Assembly: GCA_015548865.1 (NCBI GenBank)
Contig: JADMXW010000031.1
Location: 1 to 32,000 of the forward strand
Source: Serratia marcescens
GTDB taxonomy: Bacteria > Pseudomonadota > Gammaproteobacteria > Enterobacterales > Enterobacteriaceae
Length of the DNA: 32,000 bases
Reading direction: 5' to 3'
Shown here piece by piece: positions 11,490-20,161 of this stretch. The position numbers and the translations under genes are program-made. Under the pieces are notes generated by a model. It was not told the origin of the DNA, did not search any database, and saw only the letters and a list, made by a program, of their open reading frames with translations. Every line of letters begins with the position of its first letter. Positions within the stretch are counted from its first letter, which is position 1.

Positions 11490-11965
11490 ACCCGTCTCTG
11501 CGCAACAAAATTGCTGGCGCTGCTGCTGGCGGTGCTATCGCTATTGCTACTGTGCTTATCCAGTGGCATGAGGGCGTTAGCTATACTCCATACAAAGATG
11601 TGGTTGGCGTGCTCACCGTATGTTACGGGCATACTGGCCCCGACATCATCCCCGCCAAGAAATACACGCAGGAAGAATGCGATTACCTGCTAGCGAAAGA
11701 CATTGCACCTGCTGCTACTGCTGTAGAGAAAGCCGTAAAGGTTCCGATGACCGACATGCGCAAAGCTGCGCTTATCTCCTTCACGTACAACGTTGGTGCT
11801 GGCTCTCTGAATCGCTCAACGATGCTGCGCAAGCTTAACGCTGGCGATACTTCCGAAGCCTGTGACGAACTAAAGCGCTGGGACAAGGCAGGCGGTAAAG
11901 TCTGGCGCGGATTAACTTACCGCAGGGCGGTGGAGCGTGAGCTATGTCTATCAGGGCTACAGTAA
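11486..11965 (+). CDS. SAR endolysin (GH24 lysozyme, phage 21 R-like)
   Basis: N-terminal signal-anchor-release segment IAGAAAGGAIAIATVLI. Catalytic region EGVSYTPYKDVVGVLTVCYGHTG. The match to phage 21 R runs the full length. ATGA overlap with the holin stop. Confidence 0.9.
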   Translation: MNPSLRNKIAGAAAGGAIAIATVLIQWHEGVSYTPYKDVVGVLTVCYGHTGPDIIPAKKYTQEECDYLLAKDIAPAATAVEKAVKVPMTDMRKAALISFTYNVGAGSLNRSTMLRKLNAGDTSEACDELKRWDKAGGKVWRGLTYRRAVERELCLSGLQ

Positions 11966-12489
11966 TCGCCGTTCTTCTTGCTCTCATTGCTGCGCTGTCA
12001 TTCGGCGTCTACTACTATCACGACGCATACAGCGATGAACAAGGTAAAACAGAAAGGCTGACGCAAGAAACCGCTGGTCAAGCATCGGTAATTGCAAAGC
12101 AGGCTTTCGAGTTTAACCGCTTCAACCAGATATCCCAGCAAGCCAGCCAGTACGCAACCAACATCAAGGCCAAATCAGATGAGCGACAAATCATTATTCG
12201 GACGGTGGTCAAGAAAGACCCGGCTAGCGGCCGGTGCGTGCCTGATGATGTTGCTAGCCGGTTGCTCGACTACACGAACAGTCTACGTGCCAGCGCAATG
12301 CACGGAGATACCGGAAAGCCTGACGCAGCCAGTGTTAGCACCATTACCGCCGCCTGCCGACTGACATACGCGCAGGCGGTTTACTGGATTGACCCGCTGT
12401 TGACGGCGATTGACCAAGCGAATAGCCAACTGGCAAGCATCAGGGAAATCGAAACAACCCGACAGAACAACCCCGACAAGGTTAGATAG
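11944..12489 (+). CDS. Rz: i-spanin (Rz-like)
   Basis: N-terminal transmembrane segment IAVLLALIAALSFGVYYY and a coiled-coil-like periplasmic domain. It overlaps the endolysin 3' end and contains an embedded lipoprotein ORF. Confidence 0.8.
   Translation: MSIRATVIAVLLALIAALSFGVYYYHDAYSDEQGKTERLTQETAGQASVIAKQAFEFNRFNQISQQASQYATNIKAKSDERQIIIRTVVKKDPASGRCVPDDVASRLLDYTNSLRASAMHGDTGKPDAASVSTITAACRLTYAQAVYWIDPLLTAIDQANSQLASIREIETTRQNNPDKVR
12179..12364 (+). CDS. Rz1: o-spanin (Rz1-like lipoprotein) embedded in the +1 frame of Rz
   Basis: Internal ATG of track ORF 12092..12364. Lipobox LLAGC, and a Pro-rich mature part ending LAPLPPPAD. Confidence 0.75.
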   Translation: MSDKSLFGRWSRKTRLAAGACLMMLLAGCSTTRTVYVPAQCTEIPESLTQPVLAPLPPPAD

Positions 12490-12522
12490 CTCTCTCGTAA
12501 CGGAGATTCAAAACGACCAATA

Positions 12523-12550
12523 AGGCTTCGCTCAGGCGAGGCCTTTTTTA
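12523..12550 (+). terminator. Rho-independent terminator after the lysis cassette
   Basis: GGCUUCGC-UCAG-GCGAGGCC followed by UUUUUUA. Confidence 0.75.
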
Positions 12551-12560
12551 TGCACGCAAT

Positions 12561-12580
12561 CTAGGCTGATCCCCGAAAAG
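12561..12580 (+). repeat. 20-nt leader motif CTAGGCTGATCCCCGAAAAG, copy 1 (partner at 24493-24512, inverted)
   Basis: It is 19/20 identical to the reverse complement of 24493-24512. Both copies sit in the 5' untranslated region of an HNH endonuclease gene, and each is followed by a 5-bp hairpin. Confidence 0.85.
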
Positions 12581-12633
12581 ACGTCGCGCCAACGTCCTGG
12601 TTGCGTTCACTAATTGGCGATAGTGAGGCGACT

Positions 12634-13221
12634 ATGTTCAATGTTGCATATCTTAAATCACTCGAAATCAGAAAGCCCCTTACCGTAAGGTTGATGAAAC
12701 GAGTTGAGGTGGATGAAGATTCAGGATGCTGGGTGTTCATGGGCAGTAAAGACCGTTGTGGTTACGGAAGAATGAAGGTTGGGCCTCACAGCTTGGGCGC
12801 TCACAAGGTCGCGTATTTAATGCTGGTCGGAGATTACGACCAATCAAGACTTGAATTAATGCATACCTGTGACAATCCAGCATGCATAAATCCTGATCAC
12901 CTTATCCCCGCCACCCACAAAGAAAATATCGATGACTGCATAAATAAAGGAAGACACACAAGCCAAATATACAAGGCACATCTTGGCAGGAAGAGAAAGA
13001 AAGTTATCGATAATAACCATAATGAAAAAATGAATGGGTCTGGTTTAATCGCCTTTTTCTCATCAAGAAAACTTGCTATCGCATTAGGTGAGAAAACCTA
13101 CAGCGGTTCAGTCTGCGAGAAGCATCAAATGACGATAAGAAAGACAAACAACGGTGCTTGCATTTATTGCATGGAAGAATACCGGATTAACAAAACAGCA
13201 TCTCGCAGAGCTCAATGCTAA
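12634..13221 (+). CDS. HNH endonuclease (HNH_3 type) with a C-terminal Cys-rich segment
   Basis: ATG at 12634 with GTGAGG upstream (the track start at 12601 is a TTG). Signature CGYGRMKV...GAHKVAYLM...HTCDNPACINPDHLIPATHKENIDD. Confidence 0.85.
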   Translation: MFNVAYLKSLEIRKPLTVRLMKRVEVDEDSGCWVFMGSKDRCGYGRMKVGPHSLGAHKVAYLMLVGDYDQSRLELMHTCDNPACINPDHLIPATHKENIDDCINKGRHTSQIYKAHLGRKRKKVIDNNHNEKMNGSGLIAFFSSRKLAIALGEKTYSGSVCEKHQMTIRKTNNGACIYCMEEYRINKTASRRAQC

Positions 13222-13295
13222 ATTCTTGGCAGCCGGAAAGACGGAAGTGGCGGCGCAACGTCGAGAGACGCGGCAATGCTGCGAAACAAACAATG

Positions 13296-13322
13296 AGGCT
13301 CGGTTAATCCGGGCCTTTTTGT
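13296..13322 (+). terminator. Rho-independent terminator after the HNH gene
   Basis: GGCUCGG-UUAAU-CCGGGCC (one G-U) followed by UUUUUGUG. Confidence 0.7.
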
Positions 13323-13471
13323 GCCCGTAGGAAACCAAACAGTGCATTCGCGTGCACTTCACTAGAGAGCTTTCCGTAGTGTGAGTCTGAGATAGGGCGG
13401 TGGATTACATCGTTCCGCTCTCGGCTGCCCATGTCTACGCGAACAGGCTCGCACCACAGAAGGTAAATACG

Positions 13472-14155
13472 ATGCAATTAGTAATTTCTGATGTTGCCGT
13501 AAAGCAAGATAAAGATGGTCGCTATTGTCTGAATGATTTACACAAGGCGGCTGGTGGTGAACGTCGTAACGATCCGCATGATTGGATGCGCCTCAAACAG
13601 ACAAAAGACCTCATTAATTTATTGAGCGATACGGGAATTCCCGTAACGACCGTAAAGGGTGGGAAGAATCAAGGTACATTCGTGTGCAAGGAATTGGTTT
13701 ATTCCTACGCCATGTGGATAAGCCCCGAGTTCAACCTCCGGGTTATTCGCACATTTGATGCTTTGGCCGCTAAAGAGAAGATTCGCGTTTCTTATCGAGA
13801 TACAGCTCGTCTTGAATACAAGCCCATGACCGACGCTATCAAGCATGAGCGACAGGCTCAGGGTAAGCAGATTTCACCGCACCACTTCAGCAACGAGGCC
13901 GACCTGATTAATCGTATCGCGCTTGATATGACGGCGGCGAAATTCCGCGTCTATCACGAGATTGATAAGAAAGAGAGCATCCGAGACTACCTGACACCTG
14001 AGCAGATCCACTGCATCACCGAGTTGCAGCGTGCAAACACGGTATTTATCAGTATGGGCTGGGACTTCGAGCATCGCAAAGAGGTGCTGAAGGGGATGTT
14101 TGAGCGCAACCACCGGCAACCGTTGATTGAAGAACAGCACAGATTGGCGGCATAG
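13472..14155 (+). CDS. KilA-N domain protein (antirepressor/Bro-like family)
   Basis: ATG at 13472 with GAAGG upstream. KDGRYCLNDLHKAAGGERRNDPHDWMRLKQTKDLI...GTFVCKELVYSYAMWISPEFNLRVI is a typical KilA-N signature. Confidence 0.8.
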   Translation: MQLVISDVAVKQDKDGRYCLNDLHKAAGGERRNDPHDWMRLKQTKDLINLLSDTGIPVTTVKGGKNQGTFVCKELVYSYAMWISPEFNLRVIRTFDALAAKEKIRVSYRDTARLEYKPMTDAIKHERQAQGKQISPHHFSNEADLINRIALDMTAAKFRVYHEIDKKESIRDYLTPEQIHCITELQRANTVFISMGWDFEHRKEVLKGMFERNHRQPLIEEQHRLAA

Positions 14156-14156
14156 C

Positions 14157-14369
14157 ATGACAAAGAGTGAAAGAGAAACGCTGCAAATCATTCATCGCTA
14201 TCTTGAGGACGGGTACGGATACCTGTCTGACGGTAGGGTGATGTCCGGAATTGAACGCACAGAAAAGGCCCTAACGGCATTAATCGCGCTCATCTATAGC
14301 GATGATGGACCAGAAATTAACAATCGAAATGCTTATCTAAAGTGGGTCTCTCCGGATCAGAGTAAATGA
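14157..14369 (+). CDS. Hypothetical protein (70 aa)
   Basis: ATG lies 1 nt after the KilA-N stop (an internal start of track ORF 14127..14369). Confidence 0.55.
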   Translation: MTKSERETLQIIHRYLEDGYGYLSDGRVMSGIERTEKALTALIALIYSDDGPEINNRNAYLKWVSPDQSK

Positions 14370-14516
14370 CGAAATCCAGAGCATTCTCCCGAGAGTGCTC
14401 GATATTTCATTCAGTAGCGCCACTCCCGTCGCAGTCCTGCTGTGTTAGCCAAGACCTGACCTCTCCTTACAGTTAGCGCACACCGGGAATCAATAACGGT
14501 GATATACCGCGTTTCT

Positions 14517-14538
14517 CCGCATTGCAGTGCGGGTTTTT
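14517..14538 (+). terminator. Rho-independent terminator upstream of the packaging genes
   Basis: CCGCA-UUGCAG-UGCGG followed by GUUUUUCG. Confidence 0.55.
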
Positions 14539-14690
14539 CGCTCATGGCAGTCTAACCGGAACTGTGGTAGGCGAATCCGGGTGCAATACAGAGCCTTTCC
14601 ACTGAGAAGGCTCGATATTGCAGATGAAAATAAAATCAGGTGTGAAATATCACGGCTGAGTATCAGGTGGAAAAGAGGAATATTCTGTTT

Positions 14691-15203
14691 ATGGCAAAAC
14701 CAGATTGGGAGGCCATCGAATCTGCTTACCGTGCTGGTTCGTTGTCTATCCGCTCAATAGCGGAAAAGCACGGTGTAAGCCATGTTGGAATACAGAAGCG
14801 AGCCGCAAAAGAGGGCTGGCAAAGAGATTTAACTGACGCTGTAAGAACGGCAACTAAAGCTAAAGTTTCCAAGTCTGTTACCAAAGAGAGTTACCAGCAA
14901 TCAGCGGTAACTGATGCCCAGATTGTTGACCAAGCATCTGATGAAGCAGCGGCGGTCATTCTTGCTCACCGTGAAGGTTTGGCGGCATGGCGCGGCATAA
15001 CCAACAAGCTACGCACTTTTCTTGATGACGCCGAAATCACAGAAGACAATCACGCAGCAATGGCCCGTTCAATTACGGCTGGTGTTGATGCTCAAATCAA
15101 AGTCATCAAGGCAGAACGCGAAGCCTACAACATCGATAGCGGCGAGAAGAACACGACCACAGACAGCCTTTCTGACCTGATGGATGATTTAGCGAAGGGG
15201 TGA
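14691..15203 (+). CDS. Terminase small subunit (HTH-containing)
   Basis: Position immediately upstream of and overlapping TerL. N-terminal HTH-like segment SIRSIAEKHGVSHVGIQKRAAKEGW. An alternative start is GTG 14667. Confidence 0.7.
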   Translation: MAKPDWEAIESAYRAGSLSIRSIAEKHGVSHVGIQKRAAKEGWQRDLTDAVRTATKAKVSKSVTKESYQQSAVTDAQIVDQASDEAAAVILAHREGLAAWRGITNKLRTFLDDAEITEDNHAAMARSITAGVDAQIKVIKAEREAYNIDSGEKNTTTDSLSDLMDDLAKG

Positions 15204-15205
15204 TC

Positions 15206-16690
15206 ATGAAGCCGGAACATCTCGCACTACTGCGTGACAAGCTCTGGCGGTTAAATCATCTCTACTGGATCACCGACAAGCAGGGTAAACCGGTGCGGTT
15301 CAAGATGACGCCGGAACAGCTTGAATATTTCGAGAACATGCATACCCGCAATATCATTTTGAAAGCGCGTCAGCTTGGTTTTACTACTGAGGTGTGCATT
15401 ATCCAGCTTGACGCGGCCTTGTTTGAGGCTGCCCGCTGCGCACTTATCGCTCACACACTGAATGACGCGAAGCGCCTGTTCAGAGAGAAAATAAAGTACG
15501 CCTATGACCGGCTGCCAGATGAAATAAAAGCGGCTAACCCGGCAAATAATGATGCTGCTGGCGAGTTGGTGTTTAAAAAAGGCGGATCGCTCTACATAAG
15601 CACGTCATTTCGTGGCGGCACACTGCGTTATCTGCATGTTTCAGAGTTCGGCAAGATATGCGCTAAGTTCCCGGATAAAGCCCGTGAAATCGTTACTGGT
15701 GCCTTTGAGGCGGTATCCACTGATTGCTTCACCACGATTGAGAGCACAGCAGAAGGTAGAGCGGGATACTTTTTCGATTACTGCCAGTCGGCAGAAAAAG
15801 CACAGATGCAGAGTAAGCGGTTATCCAACCTTGACTGGAAATTCTTTTTCTTCTCCTGGTGGAAAAATCCCCTGTATGCAATTGACCCCGTTGAGCCATT
15901 ACCACAGCGCCTGATTGATTATTTTGCCGAGATTGAGGCAAAGCATGGCGTAGTGGTAAATGATCGCCAAAAGTCTTGGTATCACGCCAAAGAGAAAACC
16001 CTTGGCGATGATATGAAGCGGGAATATCCGTCAATCCCTGCTGAGGCATTTCAACAATCTGTTGAAGGTGCTTACTACGCTAAACAATTCCGCTGGCTCT
16101 ATGAGAATAAGCGGATCGGCGCACTGCCTGATAACTCACACCTCCCGGTTCATACCTTTTGGGATATCGGCGTGGGTGACTCTACGGCAATCTGGTTCGT
16201 TCGTATCGTCGGTGAAGAGTTCCACATCATCGACTATTACGAGAACAGCGGCGAGGGATTGCGGCATTACATGAAAGTGCTGAAAGACAAGGGGTACTCC
16301 TACGGTGAGCACTGGGGGCCGCACGATATCGACAATCGCGAGTTTGGCAGCGACGCAAAGTCACGCCGGGAAATTGCTCGTGAAGGTTATGAAATAGACG
16401 GTAATAAATATTCTCTCCGCTTTGAGGTGGTTCCGAAAGAGTCCGTTGACACTGGGATTGAATCGGTACGTGAAATCCTCAAGCAATGCGTGTTTGACGA
16501 AAACAAATGCGCGGATGGCATTAACGCACTCGAAGGTTATCGAAAAGAGTGGGATGAAAAGCGCGGATGCTGGAAGGATAAACCGCTTCACGATTGGACA
16601 TCTCACGGATCTGACGCATTCCGTTATTTCGCCGTCACCAAAAACAACCGCAGAAAGCCAACCGGAACAGTAACCAAACTTCGGATGTAA
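15206..16690 (+). CDS. Terminase large subunit
   Basis: 494-496 aa. It has an ATPase N-terminal half (ILKARQLGFTT Walker-A-like) and a nuclease-like C-terminal half (WDIGVGDSTAIWF...DWTSHGSDAFRY). ATG at 15206 with GAAGGGG upstream (the track GTG is at 15200). Confidence 0.9.
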   Translation: MKPEHLALLRDKLWRLNHLYWITDKQGKPVRFKMTPEQLEYFENMHTRNIILKARQLGFTTEVCIIQLDAALFEAARCALIAHTLNDAKRLFREKIKYAYDRLPDEIKAANPANNDAAGELVFKKGGSLYISTSFRGGTLRYLHVSEFGKICAKFPDKAREIVTGAFEAVSTDCFTTIESTAEGRAGYFFDYCQSAEKAQMQSKRLSNLDWKFFFFSWWKNPLYAIDPVEPLPQRLIDYFAEIEAKHGVVVNDRQKSWYHAKEKTLGDDMKREYPSIPAEAFQQSVEGAYYAKQFRWLYENKRIGALPDNSHLPVHTFWDIGVGDSTAIWFVRIVGEEFHIIDYYENSGEGLRHYMKVLKDKGYSYGEHWGPHDIDNREFGSDAKSRREIAREGYEIDGNKYSLRFEVVPKESVDTGIESVREILKQCVFDENKCADGINALEGYRKEWDEKRGCWKDKPLHDWTSHGSDAFRYFAVTKNNRRKPTGTVTKLRM

Positions 16691-16695
16691 TCGCC

Positions 16696-18102
16696 ATGCC
16701 TGATATTTCAACACCCAATCTTGACTATAACGATATGGTCGAGGCGTGGGATATTAACGATGCGCTGATGGGCGGCACGTTATACATGCGTCAGCTTGCT
16801 GAGATTCATCTTCCGCGCTGGCCCAATGAAGATAAAGAAGCATATAAACAGCGGCTGAAAGTTGCGACGCTACTACCTGCGTATGAAGAGACGATCAATC
16901 AGAACATCGGGCGCGTACTTGCTGAGCCTATCCGGTTTAGTGAGACGATGCCTGAGCAGATTATCGAGCTGAACCAAAATATTGATCTCGAAGGAACGCG
17001 CTTAGATGTCTGGGCGCAGCAGTTCTTTAGCATCGCGTTTCAATACGGCCTGGCTCATGCGCTGGTCGATTACCCACGCGTTGACGCTAGCGCGGTAAAG
17101 ACTAAAGCAGATGAGAAAACGAGTGGTGCGCGTCCGTATGTGACCATGCTTAACCCGCGTCAGGTGATCGGCTGGAGGTCGAACGTTGTCGGCGGGAAAG
17201 TGATCCTCACTGAATTGCGTATCAAAGAGGTCATTGTCGTTGACGGTGATGATTTCGGGCAGACCAAAGTAGAGCAGATCCGCCACATTCAGCCGGGACT
17301 AGTGACGATTTACCGGAAGAGCAAAGGCAATGATGGCGAAAGCGCATGGTCGATGCATGAAGAATGGACGACATCTCGGCAGGATATCACGCTGGTTACG
17401 CTCTACACGAAGCGCACCGGGTTTATGCGTGGCTCTCCACCGTTGCTGAATCTGGCACTACTGAACATCAAGCACTGGCAAAGTCAGAGCGAACAGGACA
17501 ACATTCTTCATGTTGCTCGCGTGCCGATACTGGTTACTTACGGGCTGGAAACAGGGCAAGCGTTAACCATTGGCGCATCCTCTGCTACCAATTTCAGCAA
17601 CAAAGATACTCAGGGCGTCGAATATGCAGAGCATACAGGGTCTGCAATAGGCGCTGGTAAAACCTCCATCGAAGACCTTGAGCAGCAAATGCGTCAGGCG
17701 GGCGCGAAGCTGTTACGTGCAGAAAACACTTCCACCAAATCCGTCGATCAGACCAACGAAGAGAAGATGCAGGAGAATTCGCCACTCTACACAATGGCGC
17801 AGTCTCTTGAGGATGCTCTCGACAACATCATGCAGATTATTGCTGATTGGATCGGGCTGCCAGATGGCGGCAACGTCGATGTGCGTACTGAGCTTGATGT
17901 TGCTGAACAGACGTTTAACGCGCCTGCCGCGCTTGCTATTCAATCGTTGCGCCAAGGTGGTGATATTCGTCAGGTGGACGCAGTAAGAGCGCTGCAAACG
18001 CTGAAAATCATTGACCCGGATGTTAAGCTGGAAGTGGTGATCGACGAATTGAATAATCCACCGGTAACGCTGGCAGGTGGCAATAATGGCAACGGTCAAT
18101 GA
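16696..18102 (+). CDS. Portal protein
   Basis: 468 aa, located directly after TerL and before the Mu-F-like head morphogenesis gene. Confidence 0.8.
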   Translation: MPDISTPNLDYNDMVEAWDINDALMGGTLYMRQLAEIHLPRWPNEDKEAYKQRLKVATLLPAYEETINQNIGRVLAEPIRFSETMPEQIIELNQNIDLEGTRLDVWAQQFFSIAFQYGLAHALVDYPRVDASAVKTKADEKTSGARPYVTMLNPRQVIGWRSNVVGGKVILTELRIKEVIVVDGDDFGQTKVEQIRHIQPGLVTIYRKSKGNDGESAWSMHEEWTTSRQDITLVTLYTKRTGFMRGSPPLLNLALLNIKHWQSQSEQDNILHVARVPILVTYGLETGQALTIGASSATNFSNKDTQGVEYAEHTGSAIGAGKTSIEDLEQQMRQAGAKLLRAENTSTKSVDQTNEEKMQENSPLYTMAQSLEDALDNIMQIIADWIGLPDGGNVDVRTELDVAEQTFNAPAALAIQSLRQGGDIRQVDAVRALQTLKIIDPDVKLEVVIDELNNPPVTLAGGNNGNGQ

Positions 18103-19198
18103 ACGGCTGCGTGACGAGAGCATTGCGCATGCTATCTGGGTAAGTCGATATAGCACGGGCGTAGCAAAGAGGATGGTTAAAATCCTCAATGAGAGCGATG
18201 CAGAGCTTACCGCGCGTCTGATAGTGGCGATGGATGAGCTTAGCCCTGACAGCTTCACGGTGACGCGGCTAGAGGCGTTGTTGTCCAGTGTCAGGGCGAC
18301 AAATAAGCAGGCCGTCGAAGCAATGCGCGTCAATCTGGCGGGTGAACTGCTTTCACTGGCGCAGCACGAAGCTGGTTATCAGCTAAGTCTGTTTCAGCAT
18401 CTGCTACCTGATGTCGTACTTGCTCATCATCCGCTAGTGGGTATCAGCGCCGATGCAGTTTATGCCGCAGCGATGTCCCAGCCGTTTCAAGGTCGCTTAC
18501 TCAGTGAGTGGGCAAGCAATCTCGAAGCAGATCGGCTTAACCGCATCACTAACACTGTGCGGCAAGGTTTCTTGCTGGGCGATACCACCGAGCAGATAGC
18601 GCGGAAGGTGCGCGGTCATGCTAACCGGGGATATGAGGACGGAGCGTTACAACTAAGTCGCAGTAATGCGGCGAGTATCGCAAAGACCGCTGTAGGCCAT
18701 ATGGCAGCAACGGCGCGTACCAGCTTTACGGACGCCAATAGCGACATTCTCAAAGGTAAACAGTGGCTATCAACGCTTGATAATCGCACAACACATCTAT
18801 GCATGGTTCGTGATCGGCTGAAATACACGCTGGACAATAAGCCGATAGGTCACAAAGTGCCGTACCTGCAAGGCCCCGGCAAGATTCATTTTTGCTGCCG
18901 AAGCATAGAAACTTACATCCTGAAATCTGCCGAAGAATTGGGTATCGACGTTCGTGAGATACCAGTGGGTACACGCGCCAGCATGGACGGGCAAGTAGCA
19001 GGCGACACGGCATATTCAGAATGGCTACAACGCCAATCATTCGATCGACAAGCGCAAATCGTCGGCGAGAAGCGTGCAATCCTGATGCGTGACGGCGGTA
19101 TGTCACCGGATGAGTTCTACACGGACAGGGGCGAATGGCTGACGCTTGAACAACTGAAACAACGAGACGAGCAGGCATTTAAAGACGCTGGCTTGTAA
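18086..19198 (+). CDS. Head morphogenesis protein (Mu gpF / SPP1 gp7 family)
   Basis: TTEQIARKV...SNAASIAKTAVGHMAATARTSF...WLSTLDNRTTHLCMVRD is the Phage_Mu_F signature. ATG at 18086 with AGGTGG 5 nt upstream (the track GTG is at 18077). Confidence 0.85.
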   Translation: MATVNERLRDESIAHAIWVSRYSTGVAKRMVKILNESDAELTARLIVAMDELSPDSFTVTRLEALLSSVRATNKQAVEAMRVNLAGELLSLAQHEAGYQLSLFQHLLPDVVLAHHPLVGISADAVYAAAMSQPFQGRLLSEWASNLEADRLNRITNTVRQGFLLGDTTEQIARKVRGHANRGYEDGALQLSRSNAASIAKTAVGHMAATARTSFTDANSDILKGKQWLSTLDNRTTHLCMVRDRLKYTLDNKPIGHKVPYLQGPGKIHFCCRSIETYILKSAEELGIDVREIPVGTRASMDGQVAGDTAYSEWLQRQSFDRQAQIVGEKRAILMRDGGMSPDEFYTDRGEWLTLEQLKQRDEQAFKDAGL

Positions 19199-19216
19199 CG
19201 AAACCAAAACCAACAC

Positions 19217-19240
19217 GGTCGCTTAGGCGGCCTTTTTTAT
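19217..19240 (+). terminator. Rho-independent terminator
   Basis: GGUCGC-UUAG-GCGGCC followed by UUUUUUAU. Confidence 0.65.
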
Positions 19241-19300
19241 GGCCGCAATTCGGATGATGAGCGGCGAACGGTCGGATGACCAACCCACACAGGTATCACT

Positions 19301-20065
19301 ATGAAACTCAAAATCGTAGAAGTGAACGGCCAGAAACTGGCGGCAATCGATGACAAAGGCAACCCGATTTACGTGCATGATGACGGTAAAGAAATCGGCT
19401 TTGACGCGGCTCAGGCTGTCGGCAAGATTTCCGCGTTAAACGGTGAGGCTAAATCACATCGCGAAGCAAAAGAGGCGGCAGAAGCAAGCCTGTCGAAATT
19501 TGCCAACATCACCGACCCAGCGAAGGCGCTCGAAGCGCTGGAAATGATGACCAAGATTGACCAGAAGAAGCTTATCGACGCTGGTGCGGTTGACCAAGTG
19601 AAGGCCGAAATCACCAAATCGTTTCAGGCTCAACTTGATGAGGCTGGAAAGCAGAATAAGACCCTGCAAGACCAGCTCTATAACGAGATGATTGGCGGGC
19701 GTTTCGCTGGCTCAAAATTCATCACCGACAAGTTGGCTATCCCGGCTGACTTTGTGCAGGCCCGGTTTGGTCAGTCCTTCAAGATTGAAGATGGGAAAGT
19801 TGTTGCCTATGACGGCAGCGGTAGCAAAGTTTATTCCCGCTCGAAACCGGGTGAAATTGCAGGGTTTGATGAGGCGCTTGAGTTCCTTGTCGAACAATAC
19901 CCGCAGAAAGATTACATCCTGAAATCATCCGGTAACTCAGGTGGCGACTCACGCCAGACACAGCATCAGGCTGGACAAAAAACAATGAAGCGGGCGGCAT
20001 TCGCACAGCTTTCTCCAGCAGACGCCGCACAAGCAATGAAAGACAAAATCACCATCGTAGATTAA
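19301..20065 (+). CDS. Scaffolding protein (by position and composition)
   Basis: 254 aa, rich in Ala/Lys/Glu/Gln with helical character, located immediately upstream of the coat gene. Confidence 0.65.
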   Translation: MKLKIVEVNGQKLAAIDDKGNPIYVHDDGKEIGFDAAQAVGKISALNGEAKSHREAKEAAEASLSKFANITDPAKALEALEMMTKIDQKKLIDAGAVDQVKAEITKSFQAQLDEAGKQNKTLQDQLYNEMIGGRFAGSKFITDKLAIPADFVQARFGQSFKIEDGKVVAYDGSGSKVYSRSKPGEIAGFDEALEFLVEQYPQKDYILKSSGNSGGDSRQTQHQAGQKTMKRAAFAQLSPADAAQAMKDKITIVD

Positions 20066-20161
20066 CCGCATTCTTGCCGGTGCCTGGAAAGGGATCGGTG
20101 CCAAGGCTGGATAGCCCAATCAATAAAACCATCCCTTACCAGATACAGGAATTAATATCTT

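Noticed and set aside
14370-14690. Calling a cos site
   Set aside because: No sequence I can recognise as cohesive-end or cosN/cosB-like is present. P22-type coat and this terminase type are often headful packagers. It is left as an open observation.
17713-18333. 206-aa - strand ORF, the largest antisense ORF in the window
   Set aside because: It spans the junction of the portal and Mu-F-like genes on the opposite strand. It has no RBS and an Ala/Ser/Arg/Leu-rich, low-complexity composition typical of antisense frames. Similar ORFs at 18750..19178, 20678..21025 and 25912..26322 are rejected for the same reason.
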